IMG/VR virus record: IMGVR_UViG_3300025868_000003
Span: 7,340 to 71,339 of that record
DNA: 64,000 bases
Direction: 5' to 3' (one strand)
DNA from: a virus
Lineage: Duplodnaviria; Caudoviricetes
Notes under the pieces: generated by a model
Told to the model about the DNA's origin: nothing
What the model saw: only the letters and a program-made list of their open reading frames with translations
Database searches by the model: none
Part shown: one piece after another, positions 35,429-45,894 of the stretch
How positions within the stretch are numbered: position 1 is the first letter of the stretch
How the letters are laid out: each line of letters begins with the position of its first letter
Position numbers and translations under genes: made by a program

Positions 35429-38400
35429 TTAGTGTTTGTTTATGTCAATGGTCTTAATTAGAGTACCCGACAGAATATCATGTAGGTGGAATTTACCGTC
35501 AGATACCCTTTTAATACCTATAGACCCACTTGATATACCATTAAATTCCCCCGTAGTCAATCCTAGTATTGACTTAATAGGGCGCTCAAATACCGGATTA
35601 GCTATAGGTTCTGCAAGACTATAGTGATTCCACCTAGTACCTCTAAGTCCTCCGGTTAGGGAGGCGTCAAATAACCCCCCCTTATCAGCATCCAGGTTTT
35701 TAGCGTTAAGCATTAATGGCTCTCTGATTTCACTATGAGATATAGCCATGATGTCCTTATCTGTTAATGGAGAAGCAGTTAATTTACCGTCCCTTACAGA
35801 TGTCTTAATACCGGATGCCGTCAAGTAGTCAAGGAATTTCTTAGTAGCAAACGTAGTATTTGGCTTTGGTAACGGTTGACCAGTTACGAACTTAGACCAG
35901 TATTCTGAGCTATCCTCAGACTTTACCGTAGCAATATCTTTTAGATTCTTACGGGCATCAGAACCCAGTAGACCTAGCATCTCCATGTAACCAACACTCT
36001 TACTACCAGTATCCCCACCTTTAGTAGGCTGCAACACATTATCATACCCGCCTACATTACGTGCTGACCAGTTCTGGTCAGAAGTTTTGTATAGTTTGAT
36101 AAAGTACTGGGGTCCGGTCAATACCTTGGATAGCTCCTTACCGGTCTTAGGATCGATGAATGTCTCCGAATCAGAGATACCTTTCTTCTTCAATTCTGCG
36201 TTAAGTTCACCTATGTTAGACGCCTTAGAGAAATTATGTACTAAGTAGGGTTTACCCTCTTTCTTGGCAATTTTACCAGCCATAGTCTCCATAAGCTGAC
36301 CTAGGTTAACTCGGGATGTAACCGAGGCTGGGTTCAGCAGAATATCCACAGGTTTACCAGTAGACTTATTAAATGGCATTTCATTATCATCTAGTACTAA
36401 GGATACAATACCCTTGTTACCGTGCATACCTGTCAGTTTATCCCCAACCTCTAGATGTTTAATAGAGCGTATCAATAGTCTGAAGTCTTTACCCTCAGTG
36501 TGAGAATCAACTATGATACCGTTCTCTTCATGGTTCCATACTTCAGTTACCGCACGATAAGGGTTAACTAAAGTCTTATGAAGTCTACCCAGCATCTTAT
36601 CCTCTGGGGTAGGCTCTCGTTTCTCTAGAACTACATATACAGGGTCACCATGATGTAACGTAACTCCTACTTTAGCAAACCCCATATCATCAAGATTGTC
36701 CAGTTGACTTTTAGTGAACTTACCCGGGAAGTACCTATTGATCATAGATTTTTTAAGCATAGAGATAGGCTGGACTGAATAATCTACTTTATAAGCGTGG
36801 TGGCTAGATAGGCCTTCCGCACAAGATTTGCTTATTACCAGACCATCTTCGTGGTTGTATCCCTTATATGGTAGATATGCTACTTCCAGGTTCTTACCCA
36901 AAGCCAACTTACCATTCCTAGTATAGTTATTCTCAAATAACGGGTGACCGGCCTTAACCTTATCCCCTACCTTATATAGTGAGTGCTCATCGTCAAAGAA
37001 CCCCTTCATATTAAAAGGTAGGTTCTTAACTCCTGAAAATTTATAGGTAACCCCGTCTACCCCCTTAAGTTCTATGTTAGTACCGTGTAACTTAGTTACT
37101 GTAGCATTAACGGGGGAGAAATTTTGGGTTATTACCTTACCTATTTCTTCGACAAAAGAGGTTCCTTTTCTAGCAGTCTGCACTAAGGGCTCTTCCCTAT
37201 CTACTAAGGATAGTGCTTGAGGGATAGCTTTACCAGCCATGGTTAAGCGACCTGGGTGGTTACTATTAAGAAATGGGACCAGGTTGGTAGTAATGGTGTA
37301 CATACTGGAGGAATCATCTACCCAGTACTGTACTTTATCAACGGTAGTTTCCCCTAGCTCCCCACGTATCTGTGCCTGTACTTTTCTCTTACCCTCCTGG
37401 TGTGGAAATCCTATAACAGAATCCATCATCTCATGTACAGATAAGTACACATGCTTACCCTTTCGGTCTATAACCTTAGAGTACATGTTACCATCCCTAT
37501 CACGCATAGCTGTAATAGTGAACCTTTGATCAATACCAGCATGACTAGATTCGGGGGTACGGCTAGGGTCTATAATCCCTAAGTGAGATGGATCAATATC
37601 TCTGGCGGCCATAGGCACTCCCCTCTCAGAGGTAATACCTCCCTCTAATCCGCCCAGTACAGTTACTTTGGCTACATTCTCTAGACTCTCCACAGGATTA
37701 GTTTCAGATGGTGTAGACACTAGATTACTATCTAAGATATAGCTGGAAAACACTTTATTAAAAGGCTTACTTGGGATTATATTCTTAATCTTAGGAGCCT
37801 TACCCTCACGGTCAGACTTATCAAAGGAATATGTAATACGGCTCTTAAGGTTACCCATAAGTAACTTCTCTTTTTTAAATCTAGTCGCTATAAAGTCTGG
37901 TAAATTCTGCACAGACTTAAATTGTAGTGAGTCCCTATTGTCTTCTTTCTTTACTCCGGAGTGTATGTCTACTAGGTTCTTCATAGAACGAAGAATAGCT
38001 TCATGAGTTACTGATGAAATAGCCTTACCAAGAGTAACTATAGTAGTAGATACATTAAGCTGAGAGCTCTCCAAGGCAAGCCTTAAGGCCGCTATTTTTT
38101 CAGATTCAGTAGCTGTAGGGGACTGCTTACTAGTCATCTTACGGTAAAGATCATTTATAACCTTAGACTCTTTTCCAGCACTAGCGCGTAAGTTATCATC
38201 CCAAACAGAGTCGGGCACATACATACCTACTTCTTTACGATTGATATTGAATACTCTATCCAGTAGAGGGGCTAATAGAATCTTAGATGATTCTACCTCT
38301 AAGTAGAAAAGGCCAGATTGCGGTTCCAGGGTTATATGAAAACTTCTACCGGTACCAGTGTTAAAGTGGGACTCCAGCTCTCCATTCTCCCTACTACGAG

Positions 38401-38788
38401 TATATACCCCGGGACGCAGCTGTAACTGATTAGACACAGAGTAGTTATTACCCTTGTACATAAGAGTATGTTTACCAGTAAGGTAGAACGAGTCCAGTAG
38501 GGAGAAGTCTCTGTGACTATCCAGAACTTTACCAGTGGCTTTATCAAGTAACTCTAAATCCCCTTTTACCGGGTAGTTCAGTGACTTAGATTTAAGGATA
38601 GCGTCCTTCTCGTCCTTATGAGTAAACTCTTTACGTTCAGCTCTAACATTTTTAAGGGTGATAATGTAGTTCTTAGTTTCCATGGGAAACTGAGATAATA
38701 CCCCTTCAATAAGGGATTCATCCACCCTATCATTAATAACTTTAGGGGTTGAGAATATACCCTGTAGTTCCTGTTCTAACTTAGGCAT
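35429..38788 (-). CDS. rpoB: RNA polymerase beta subunit fused to the first segment of beta'
   Basis: RDIDPSHLGIIDP..TPES, GKNLEVAYLPYKGYNHEDG, GDKLTGMHGNKG, DILLNP..SRVNLGQ, GPQYFIKL; then SPLTDKDI..GGLFD..LAEPIANP (beta' N-terminus). Confidence 0.95.
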   Translation of the reverse strand: MPKLEQELQGIFSTPKVINDRVDESLIEGVLSQFPMETKNYIITLKNVRAERKEFTHKDEKDAILKSKSLNYPVKGDLELLDKATGKVLDSHRDFSLLDSFYLTGKHTLMYKGNNYSVSNQLQLRPGVYTRSRENGELESHFNTGTGRSFHITLEPQSGLFYLEVESSKILLAPLLDRVFNINRKEVGMYVPDSVWDDNLRASAGKESKVINDLYRKMTSKQSPTATESEKIAALRLALESSQLNVSTTIVTLGKAISSVTHEAILRSMKNLVDIHSGVKKEDNRDSLQFKSVQNLPDFIATRFKKEKLLMGNLKSRITYSFDKSDREGKAPKIKNIIPSKPFNKVFSSYILDSNLVSTPSETNPVESLENVAKVTVLGGLEGGITSERGVPMAARDIDPSHLGIIDPSRTPESSHAGIDQRFTITAMRDRDGNMYSKVIDRKGKHVYLSVHEMMDSVIGFPHQEGKRKVQAQIRGELGETTVDKVQYWVDDSSSMYTITTNLVPFLNSNHPGRLTMAGKAIPQALSLVDREEPLVQTARKGTSFVEEIGKVITQNFSPVNATVTKLHGTNIELKGVDGVTYKFSGVKNLPFNMKGFFDDEHSLYKVGDKVKAGHPLFENNYTRNGKLALGKNLEVAYLPYKGYNHEDGLVISKSCAEGLSSHHAYKVDYSVQPISMLKKSMINRYFPGKFTKSQLDNLDDMGFAKVGVTLHHGDPVYVVLEKREPTPEDKMLGRLHKTLVNPYRAVTEVWNHEENGIIVDSHTEGKDFRLLIRSIKHLEVGDKLTGMHGNKGIVSLVLDDNEMPFNKSTGKPVDILLNPASVTSRVNLGQLMETMAGKIAKKEGKPYLVHNFSKASNIGELNAELKKKGISDSETFIDPKTGKELSKVLTGPQYFIKLYKTSDQNWSARNVGGYDNVLQPTKGGDTGSKSVGYMEMLGLLGSDARKNLKDIATVKSEDSSEYWSKFVTGQPLPKPNTTFATKKFLDYLTASGIKTSVRDGKLTASPLTDKDIMAISHSEIREPLMLNAKNLDADKGGLFDASLTGGLRGTRWNHYSLAEPIANPVFERPIKSILGLTTGEFNGISSGSIGIKRVSDGKFHLHDILSGTLIKTIDINKH

Positions 38789-39077
38789 TAGTGTTTAATT
38801 CCAAGTATGTTACTACTATGAAGTACTTATCCATGAATACGAATTTATCTTTGTTAAGGACGATAGTACTATTACCCTTTAGTCCTCTAGTCTCAAGTAT
38901 TTCTAACTCTGCCCTAGAACCCATATCGTCTAAATCTATCTTAGCATACTTGACGCTATACTTAGCTATATCCATAGGGCCTGAAGACTTAGATCCACCA
39001 AACCCTGGTAACTCTATGGTTTCTAGTTTCTGTATTCCTGAAGCCTGTATAGCAGCACTACTTGTTCCATCAGCCAT
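38781..39077 (-). CDS. Hypothetical protein between portal and rpoB
   Basis: 98 aa; overlaps both neighbours. Confidence 0.7.
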   Translation of the reverse strand: MADGTSSAAIQASGIQKLETIELPGFGGSKSSGPMDIAKYSVKYAKIDLDDMGSRAELEILETRGLKGNSTIVLNKDKFVFMDKYFIVVTYLELNTNA

Positions 39078-40873
39078 TATTTAGCACCTTCATTATTAGG
39101 TTGTTCAGTGGTGGTCTCTTTATTATCAGTCCCACCTTCAGATGGGGATTGTTTAGAGGGATCTTCCCCCCCAGGTTCCTCTACGCCTGTTGCCATCTCA
39201 CTTAGAAGTTTAGTTACCAATAGGAATGTAGGATAATCCTCTAACATCAACCCATTCAAGGCTTGTTGCTGGGATTGAGGGTCGGCACCAGCAAGCTGCT
39301 GGGCTATCTGATGAGCATTAACCAATGCTGCCTTATATCCGTCATCCTTATCAAAATGATCAGCAGCCTTCTTAGAGGCTATGAATACTGCACGATCAAC
39401 CTCCATCCTAGTCTTCATATCATTAACCGCCTTAGCTATGGCGTCATCTTTTTGTTTCTTCAGTTGCTCCCCATAATCCATACCTAAGGACTCGTACATA
39501 GTAGACATGGAGGCGTTATTTGACCCCGCCAGATTTAGCAATAGCTGGCGTAAGTTATCATCATCAGTTAGCCTAAATGGTGATAGTGATATCTCCGCTA
39601 CCTCTAGTGCTAAATACCTAGCAACTTTAGCCATAACCCAGTTAACAAACCCTTCTATCTGTGAGGTGTAAGTTAACATGGTGTTTTCTAACAGACGTAA
39701 CCCGACTGTAGAGCTAGTCCAATTAGTAGTACCAGATAGAAGTTCCCTGGATACCCCTAAACTAAGTAAGATGCTTTCTTCGGCCTGTAGTATTTCCTGG
39801 GATACTAGTAGGTTTCTACCTTCTCCGCTAACAGCTTCGTACCCCACTGGTACGGGGGCTATGACTACATGACTCTTATCTCTCTTTTGTTTAATAACTG
39901 CATCGGTCATATTAGCTACGAAGTTCCTCATAGAAATAGACACTACCGGATCAGAGTTACCAGTTTGAGCCTGGGGATAGATAATTCGTAAGGGGGTCAT
40001 GAAATCATTAGAGATTGACTCATTAGCCTTACGAAGGGTGGCTTGATAGTATACAAGAGAGAATAATGAAATAACGGGAGGTACCGCTATACCATTGATT
40101 TCATGCCCCGCTGAGATATTCTTAAGGTGGTATATACTCCCATTGTCAATCTTGTAATCCTGATTATTCTTAATGGCATCAATGAGGCTCCATTGAACGG
40201 AGTTTACGAACAGCTTATCCCCCTCTTTAACCTTACGTTTAATGTCATTAGGGATCTTATAGTAATATTCGCTCTCCCCCGTTATAGGGTTATGGTTTAC
40301 GGCAATATGAGTAGGATCCCACTTAATGATGTTCATATCATCGATATTGGTGGATTTAGTATCAGTGACCGTAAACACGCCATTCTTCCCACACTTAGGG
40401 CATACACCCTCGAAAGAGTATTTTTTAAACTTAGTGAACTCAGCAGTTTTAGCGTTATAGTTAGATCCACAGTGGGGGCATGTTAGGGTTCGTTGCACAG
40501 GAAAATACACTGATAAGAACACATTGCCTATAGAGTAGTACTCAAACCCTATACTATGTAGGGTAGTTTTTAACCTGAAGCTCTTAAATACTTCACGATA
40601 TTTTTCTCTAAGCTTATCAGAGGATGTATCAATAATAAACTCGGTTATTGGGTAAGTAGAGAGCTTGCGTAAAACCTCCGTGGTTACGGGGCTCTGTATT
40701 GTTATGTACCTAGACCACCTTATTACATCATGCAGATTCCTCGGCATGAACTGATTGGCCATAGTGAAATATGGATTAGATGATGGGGCGAAGTTACCGG
40801 CTAGAGGGTTACCGTTTCCTCCATAACCACCCATACCTGGGGCTAATGGGGCTTGGAATAGATCAGACATCAA
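39077..40873 (-). CDS. Portal protein with Zn-ribbon insertion
   Basis: 598 aa; portal-like layout (YYSIGNVFL, IYHLK..GIAVPP..LRKAN, SLGVSRELLSG); CPHC/CPKC insert; acidic tail. Confidence 0.75.
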   Translation of the reverse strand: MMSDLFQAPLAPGMGGYGGNGNPLAGNFAPSSNPYFTMANQFMPRNLHDVIRWSRYITIQSPVTTEVLRKLSTYPITEFIIDTSSDKLREKYREVFKSFRLKTTLHSIGFEYYSIGNVFLSVYFPVQRTLTCPHCGSNYNAKTAEFTKFKKYSFEGVCPKCGKNGVFTVTDTKSTNIDDMNIIKWDPTHIAVNHNPITGESEYYYKIPNDIKRKVKEGDKLFVNSVQWSLIDAIKNNQDYKIDNGSIYHLKNISAGHEINGIAVPPVISLFSLVYYQATLRKANESISNDFMTPLRIIYPQAQTGNSDPVVSISMRNFVANMTDAVIKQKRDKSHVVIAPVPVGYEAVSGEGRNLLVSQEILQAEESILLSLGVSRELLSGTTNWTSSTVGLRLLENTMLTYTSQIEGFVNWVMAKVARYLALEVAEISLSPFRLTDDDNLRQLLLNLAGSNNASMSTMYESLGMDYGEQLKKQKDDAIAKAVNDMKTRMEVDRAVFIASKKAADHFDKDDGYKAALVNAHQIAQQLAGADPQSQQQALNGLMLEDYPTFLLVTKLLSEMATGVEEPGGEDPSKQSPSEGGTDNKETTTEQPNNEGAK

Positions 40874-41045
40874 TATTATACCTATGTAATTATATGGTGT
40901 ATTTTAGAACTAAATCAGGCGGAAGTCAAATAGAATAGGGGATTAGAAATTCAATAATCACTATACTATTTTGGTATAAGTATTGTAGAGTGGATAATTA
41001 TAAGTTATTCATTCTAATCTTACTAATCCATCACAGGAGAATATC

Positions 41046-41252
41046 ATGAACCAAGTTACCAATGCAACAAAAACACCAGAACAGATCAAAGCAGATCGTG
41101 AAGATGTATTGCACCGTATCGGTGTTGCTAAGGACCTGGCTTCAATTACCATCAGTGTGGCAATTGCTACCCTAATTGGCAGTATGATTTACAAAGTCAT
41201 TACTACTAAGGATCAGGTGAAGAATGATGAAACGGCACCGGCCCGGTCCTAA
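41046..41252 (+). CDS. Small single-pass membrane protein
   Basis: ITISVAIATLIGSMIYKVI; AGGAG ribosome-binding site; TGGTATAA at 40972. Confidence 0.7.
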   Translation: MNQVTNATKTPEQIKADREDVLHRIGVAKDLASITISVAIATLIGSMIYKVITTKDQVKNDETAPARS

Positions 41253-41361
41253 CGGTGAACTTCGGGGGGGATTAGATATCCTCCCCGTCATCAGAGAGAA
41301 ACTGCGTGAACTTAATCATCAGCAGTTAAATGAAATTACAACAACGACGAAAGGAATCATC

Positions 41362-41703
41362 ATGGAACTGAAATCCAACGCATCCACGCAAACCTCTGCT
41401 ACAATGGCAGCAGCACAAACCCCAGTTGAAGCGTCTGGGGCACAGGCCTCTCCCACATTCAAAGCAGCCGTTCAGAACACGGCTCATACCATGACAATGG
41501 AGGAGCGTCGCACTATGGAGGCCGAAGCCCGTATAGCCAAGGATAGTGCTGTGCAACGTGCAGCCAACGCATTCACATTGTTGGCAGCCAGTACAGTAGT
41601 AGCGGTTATCGGAGTAATGATCGTCAACGGCGTACGTGTTTATATGGCCGACGGGGGTCAGGGGGGCTTGGAGGGCTTGGAGGGCTTGGAGAGCCACCCA
41701 TAA
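41362..41703 (+). CDS. Small membrane protein with GLE x3 tail
   Basis: Probable start MELKSN at 41362 (AAGGA); TM FTLLAASTVVAVIGVMIV; GGCTTGGAG x3. Confidence 0.7.
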   Translation: MELKSNASTQTSATMAAAQTPVEASGAQASPTFKAAVQNTAHTMTMEERRTMEAEARIAKDSAVQRAANAFTLLAASTVVAVIGVMIVNGVRVYMADGGQGGLEGLEGLESHP

Positions 41704-41793
41704 GGTATGGTAAGGTTACACGGTTAACACGAGGGTATATACTTGTGTTAACATGTGTAACGGGGGATAGCACATATCCCTGTTTTTATATTA

Positions 41794-42141
41794 ATGGAGA
41801 ATACCTTGGACTTTACTATAGCTAACAACACCCAGATACGTGATTACTTTAATGGGTCAGACTCATACATACCAAGTTCTGAACTTATATATTTGCATGA
41901 GCACCCCTTAATACAAACCACTTTTTTTAGGGAGATTGAGGTGTTGGTGAATAAGTCAGCCTTATGTATATCTAAAAATAACGTACGTGGAGTGATTATA
42001 GATAAGTACATTACCCTGACTAAAAATTTAGGGACGCTCTTGGATAATGTAAACCAAGATAGCGCCCCTAAGATTCTTTTTGAGCTACGAGAGATTTATA
42101 AACTAAGTAATTCCCTACTGAAACAATTCAACTTCAAATAG
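41794..42141 (+). CDS. Hypothetical protein
   Basis: 115-aa ORF convergent with 42115. Confidence 0.55.
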   Translation: MENTLDFTIANNTQIRDYFNGSDSYIPSSELIYLHEHPLIQTTFFREIEVLVNKSALCISKNNVRGVIIDKYITLTKNLGTLLDNVNQDSAPKILFELREIYKLSNSLLKQFNFK

Positions 42142-43293
42142 ATTCATAGTGCCTGCATTGGTGTCAGCACCATCGGCACCAACCCTTTCCAGGACTGCTA
42201 TCAACCTCTCCTTATTAATAATCCAATTACCATTAACGAACCCAGCAAATTCTGTGTTAGGTATAACGGCAGTAGTAGTAACAATGGACTGAACGGCATT
42301 GGCAGCAGCTGTAACTGCTGCTGCTTCAATGTCTGAAGAAGTTCTTGCAGTAGTAATTAAATCATCTTCAGCTAACCCTATGTACTTCAACCTTAGTGCC
42401 CAATTACCATTAGTAACAGTAGGAGCTACTGTAAGTTTCAATTTAACGGGTAGATACGGGTTCAGAGGTTCGGAGCCCACTGCCACAGAGAACACTACGT
42501 TAGAGGATATAGAGTCAGCAAATGTAAATGCAGAGGAATCTTCCAAGGTTACTTGAGTTGCCCCTAAAGTTCCGTGAGGTGTTATTGAGACTGATTTCTT
42601 AATACCACCCATATCTGGTGCACTAGCATGAGCTGAAATAACAGGATTAGCTACACCCTGAGTGAATGTCACATTATACAAGGGGAACCACCCTGAAGTA
42701 GTAGCAGGAGCAACTTCAGTTCCAGTCAATGCTGGGGTAGATGATACGTTAGCCTGTAGCAACAGTTCGCCAGGCATGAGGGTGGAGGGTAGGTATTGAT
42801 TGGTTTCGTCCAGGTATGGAAGGGTAGATGCAGCCATAACTACACTAGTCAATTCCTGGAACTTACCCTCTATAGTAAATACTTGGGAGAATCCTGCGCT
42901 GGCAGGTGGAGTAAACGAGAAATCAGAATCCACCAACTTGATAGCCTGCTTAATTACTGAGGTAGTAGACCCGGAAGAAACTAGCTTATTCTCATATACA
43001 GAGCCTTGGGATACCCTAATGGAGTTAACAGATGGGGAAGATACTTCTAGTCCGGTTACAAATCTAGTTGTTCCAGGTTTAATCAGATACTTCTGCAGCA
43101 TGCTTTGTGCTAGTGAAGATACCAGTACGCCCCTTCTAGCAGCATCCCCGCCGCCAGAACGTATGTCTTTAAGATTAGTTTCAATGTCTTGTAGAGGGCG
43201 GTTATCTACGGTATAGAAGTACGGGTCAAACTGAGTGTAGAACCTGATTGCTGTGAAGTTAGAATCACTCTGTGCTACGAAGTCTTGTGTCAT
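42115..43293 (-). CDS. Putative virion structural protein
   Basis: 392 aa, Ser/Thr/Ala/Val-rich; FDPYFYTVDNRPL N-terminus. Confidence 0.55.
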   Translation of the reverse strand: MTQDFVAQSDSNFTAIRFYTQFDPYFYTVDNRPLQDIETNLKDIRSGGGDAARRGVLVSSLAQSMLQKYLIKPGTTRFVTGLEVSSPSVNSIRVSQGSVYENKLVSSGSTTSVIKQAIKLVDSDFSFTPPASAGFSQVFTIEGKFQELTSVVMAASTLPYLDETNQYLPSTLMPGELLLQANVSSTPALTGTEVAPATTSGWFPLYNVTFTQGVANPVISAHASAPDMGGIKKSVSITPHGTLGATQVTLEDSSAFTFADSISSNVVFSVAVGSEPLNPYLPVKLKLTVAPTVTNGNWALRLKYIGLAEDDLITTARTSSDIEAAAVTAAANAVQSIVTTTAVIPNTEFAGFVNGNWIINKERLIAVLERVGADGADTNAGTMNLFEVELFQ

Positions 43294-43307
43294 TACGGAT
43301 CCTTTTG

Positions 43308-43332
43308 ATTAAATACCATATTATTGGTATAA
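43308..43332 (+). promoter_or_regulatory. ATTAA-N12-TGGTATAA promoter
   Basis: Exact consensus match heading the 43403-45853 operon. Confidence 0.65.
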
Positions 43333-43402
43333 TGAAATTATATAGGTAGTTTAGTGTTTTTTCAGTGTGCGAATAATACACAATTTAAATAGGTGACACA
43401 AG

Positions 43403-43789
43403 ATGTTTAGAGTAATTTTATTTTATTTTAGATTATTAAACCGGGGATTAAGGGCCTTTAGTTTAGTATGGTCTGCTGGTAAGATCGTATCTGATAGGGT
43501 AACAGGCCTAAGTATGGAGGAGGTTATTTCTCTGTGGCTATCCATTTATAGACCCCCTGGATACAGCATAGTTATGACTGATATTAACTTTTCAGAAAGG
43601 GGGATAGACTTCTGGATTGGCATGCCAAAGGAAATAACTAAGAAGTTCATTTTTAGCGATGTACTAGTACTATCAGTCAAAGACTACAGATCAGCTACTA
43701 CAATAATGGACTCTATACATCCGGGGTTCGCCAAAGCCTCTTTATTCAAAGGCAGTAATGTACAGTACAACAATGTTAATAGGGGTTGA
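43403..43789 (+). CDS. Hypothetical protein
   Basis: 128-aa ORF at the operon start. Confidence 0.6.
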   Translation: MFRVILFYFRLLNRGLRAFSLVWSAGKIVSDRVTGLSMEEVISLWLSIYRPPGYSIVMTDINFSERGIDFWIGMPKEITKKFIFSDVLVLSVKDYRSATTIMDSIHPGFAKASLFKGSNVQYNNVNRG

Positions 43790-44058
43790 GTATGAAAGGT
43801 TACGTGTATCTGGATTATGACAAATTTTTAACCAGAAAAGATGCTTACTACATAGAGTCAGTATACCCTCAGTTCTTTGAGGACAACAGACATCTAATAG
43901 TACGTAAGTGGGTATTTGATACTGAAAATAGGTCCTGTATGATAACTATTCTTAAAGCATTGAAGGACCTAGAGGTACCAACAGATAGGGTGCTACTATT
44001 CCTTAAGGACATAAACTTCGATATAGAATCACTAAAGAAAAATGCAAATAGGGTTTAA
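43786..44058 (+). CDS. Hypothetical protein
   Basis: 90 aa; overlaps both neighbours. Confidence 0.65.
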   Translation: MSMKGYVYLDYDKFLTRKDAYYIESVYPQFFEDNRHLIVRKWVFDTENRSCMITILKALKDLEVPTDRVLLFLKDINFDIESLKKNANRV

Positions 44059-45853
44059 CCAAGATAGATCACTAATAGTAGTATCGTGTGATAGGGCTAC
44101 AGATTACTCAGGCTTATATAAATTCCCCGGTCTTGTAAAGAGTGGCTCAGTATATGCCATGCCAGCCAAGACCCATATAGCTTATAACGTCATAGGCAGG
44201 CTACTTAAGAGATTTAAGGGGGTGATGGTAGCTAGGGATGTGGTGGAGTTTATACAATCTAGTATGAAACTGAGGGAGCTACCCCCTGAATTTATATTTA
44301 AAACAACTCCTCTTAAACATCAATTAATAGCTCTGAGGTACATGTACACAGTTGGTAGTGGGGGGCTGTTATTAGATCCTGGCATGGGTAAGTCTAAAGT
44401 AGTACTGGATTACATAAAATTGATGGGGTTTAAGAGAACACTCATAGTGTGTCCCAAACCATTACTATTTGTATGGGAAGACGAGGTTGAGACGCATCGT
44501 AATGACCTAACCATACATGTTATAGGGGATACCTTAAAAGTCCCAGTTAGGGATGAAACCGGTAAAAGGACTGGATATAGGGTAGACCTACATGCTACTT
44601 GGGAACGTGAAAAAGTAGGTATAAAGTCCAATGATGTTACGGTAATAAACTACAACAAAGCCTTAACTTTCAAGGAACAGCTTAAGACAGCTGGGTTTGA
44701 ATTTATACACCTAGATGAGTTCCTTATTAAGGATAACTCTACTGAAAGGACTAAGGCTTTAACCGATATAAGCAAGTCTATACCCTATAGATGTGGAGGC
44801 TCAGGTACTTTGATAAATAACTCTGTACTTGATATGTACTCCCCCGTGAGGTATTTAGAGCCATCTTTAGTAGGTACCAACTATTTCCACTTCAAAGACA
44901 GGTACACTATAAGTAGGGGATCCAAGGACTCCAATATTAAATTCGTCGTAGGGTATAGGGAGATAGATGAGGCTAGGGCGATATTGGAGTCGTGTTGTAT
45001 AGTCATGACTAAAGAGGAGTGGCTAGAGCTACCACAAAAGACCTTTCATAAGAGGTATGTCCAATTATCTGATGAACAGAGAAGGCTTTATAGTGAGCTA
45101 TCCCGTAACTACACAACCGAAATAGCGGGTGAAACCTTAGATATAGATAACCCCCTAGTTATGATAAGTAAGCTATATCAGATAGCCAATGGGTTCATGT
45201 ACATCTCTAAAGACCGGGAAGAGGCTTTAGAACTTCTCCCGGAGATTGGGGATGTAAAGACTAAGAAGGCTAAAGATAGGAAGACTGTGTTCATGCCTGA
45301 ACAGCCTAAGATAGCCACACTTAACGACTTATTGGATAACGAACTAAAATCTAAGAAAGCTATAATTTGGTTCAACATGCAGGCCGAGTACATCTTAATC
45401 CAATCCCTATTGGAATCTAGGGGGGAGAAATTTTCCACTATAAAGGGTGGAGAGAAACACATAGGGGACAAGGTCCGAGAGTTTAATAGGGACCCGTCTA
45501 TACGATGGTTAGTATGTCAGGCTAAGTCTGTTAATTACGGAATTACAGTGTTGGGTAGTAGTCCAGAAAAATTGGAATCTATGAATGTGGAGGTATTACC
45601 AGATATATCTCCAGAGGTTTTCACGGAAGTCTTTTATAGTCTCAACTACAGCTTAGAGATATTTATGCAGCAACAGGATAGAATACATCGTTTAGGCCAG
45701 AAGCATAAATGTGAGTATTATCTAATCCTTACCAATACAGCTGTTGAGAGAAGCATTGAGCAAACACTTAGCGATAAGGTATCAGTACGTGCAGACATGC
45801 TGGTCGATATAGCTGGTAAACTAATTGCAGAATATAAGGATTTCGTGGTATAA
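44042..45853 (+). CDS. SNF2-like SF2 helicase
   Basis: LKHQ, DPGMGKS, HLDE, SGT, QDRIHRLGQ. Confidence 0.88.
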   Translation: MQIGFNQDRSLIVVSCDRATDYSGLYKFPGLVKSGSVYAMPAKTHIAYNVIGRLLKRFKGVMVARDVVEFIQSSMKLRELPPEFIFKTTPLKHQLIALRYMYTVGSGGLLLDPGMGKSKVVLDYIKLMGFKRTLIVCPKPLLFVWEDEVETHRNDLTIHVIGDTLKVPVRDETGKRTGYRVDLHATWEREKVGIKSNDVTVINYNKALTFKEQLKTAGFEFIHLDEFLIKDNSTERTKALTDISKSIPYRCGGSGTLINNSVLDMYSPVRYLEPSLVGTNYFHFKDRYTISRGSKDSNIKFVVGYREIDEARAILESCCIVMTKEEWLELPQKTFHKRYVQLSDEQRRLYSELSRNYTTEIAGETLDIDNPLVMISKLYQIANGFMYISKDREEALELLPEIGDVKTKKAKDRKTVFMPEQPKIATLNDLLDNELKSKKAIIWFNMQAEYILIQSLLESRGEKFSTIKGGEKHIGDKVREFNRDPSIRWLVCQAKSVNYGITVLGSSPEKLESMNVEVLPDISPEVFTEVFYSLNYSLEIFMQQQDRIHRLGQKHKCEYYLILTNTAVERSIEQTLSDKVSVRADMLVDIAGKLIAEYKDFVV

Positions 45854-45894
45854 GGATATTGTGCACATACGCAACCTATTTAAGGAGAAATAAA

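Noticed and set aside
41663-41692. GGCTTGGAG x3 (and the EVVA repeat at about 4010-4050) as regulatory or CRISPR-like repeats
   Set aside because: In-frame coding micro-repeats with no spacers.
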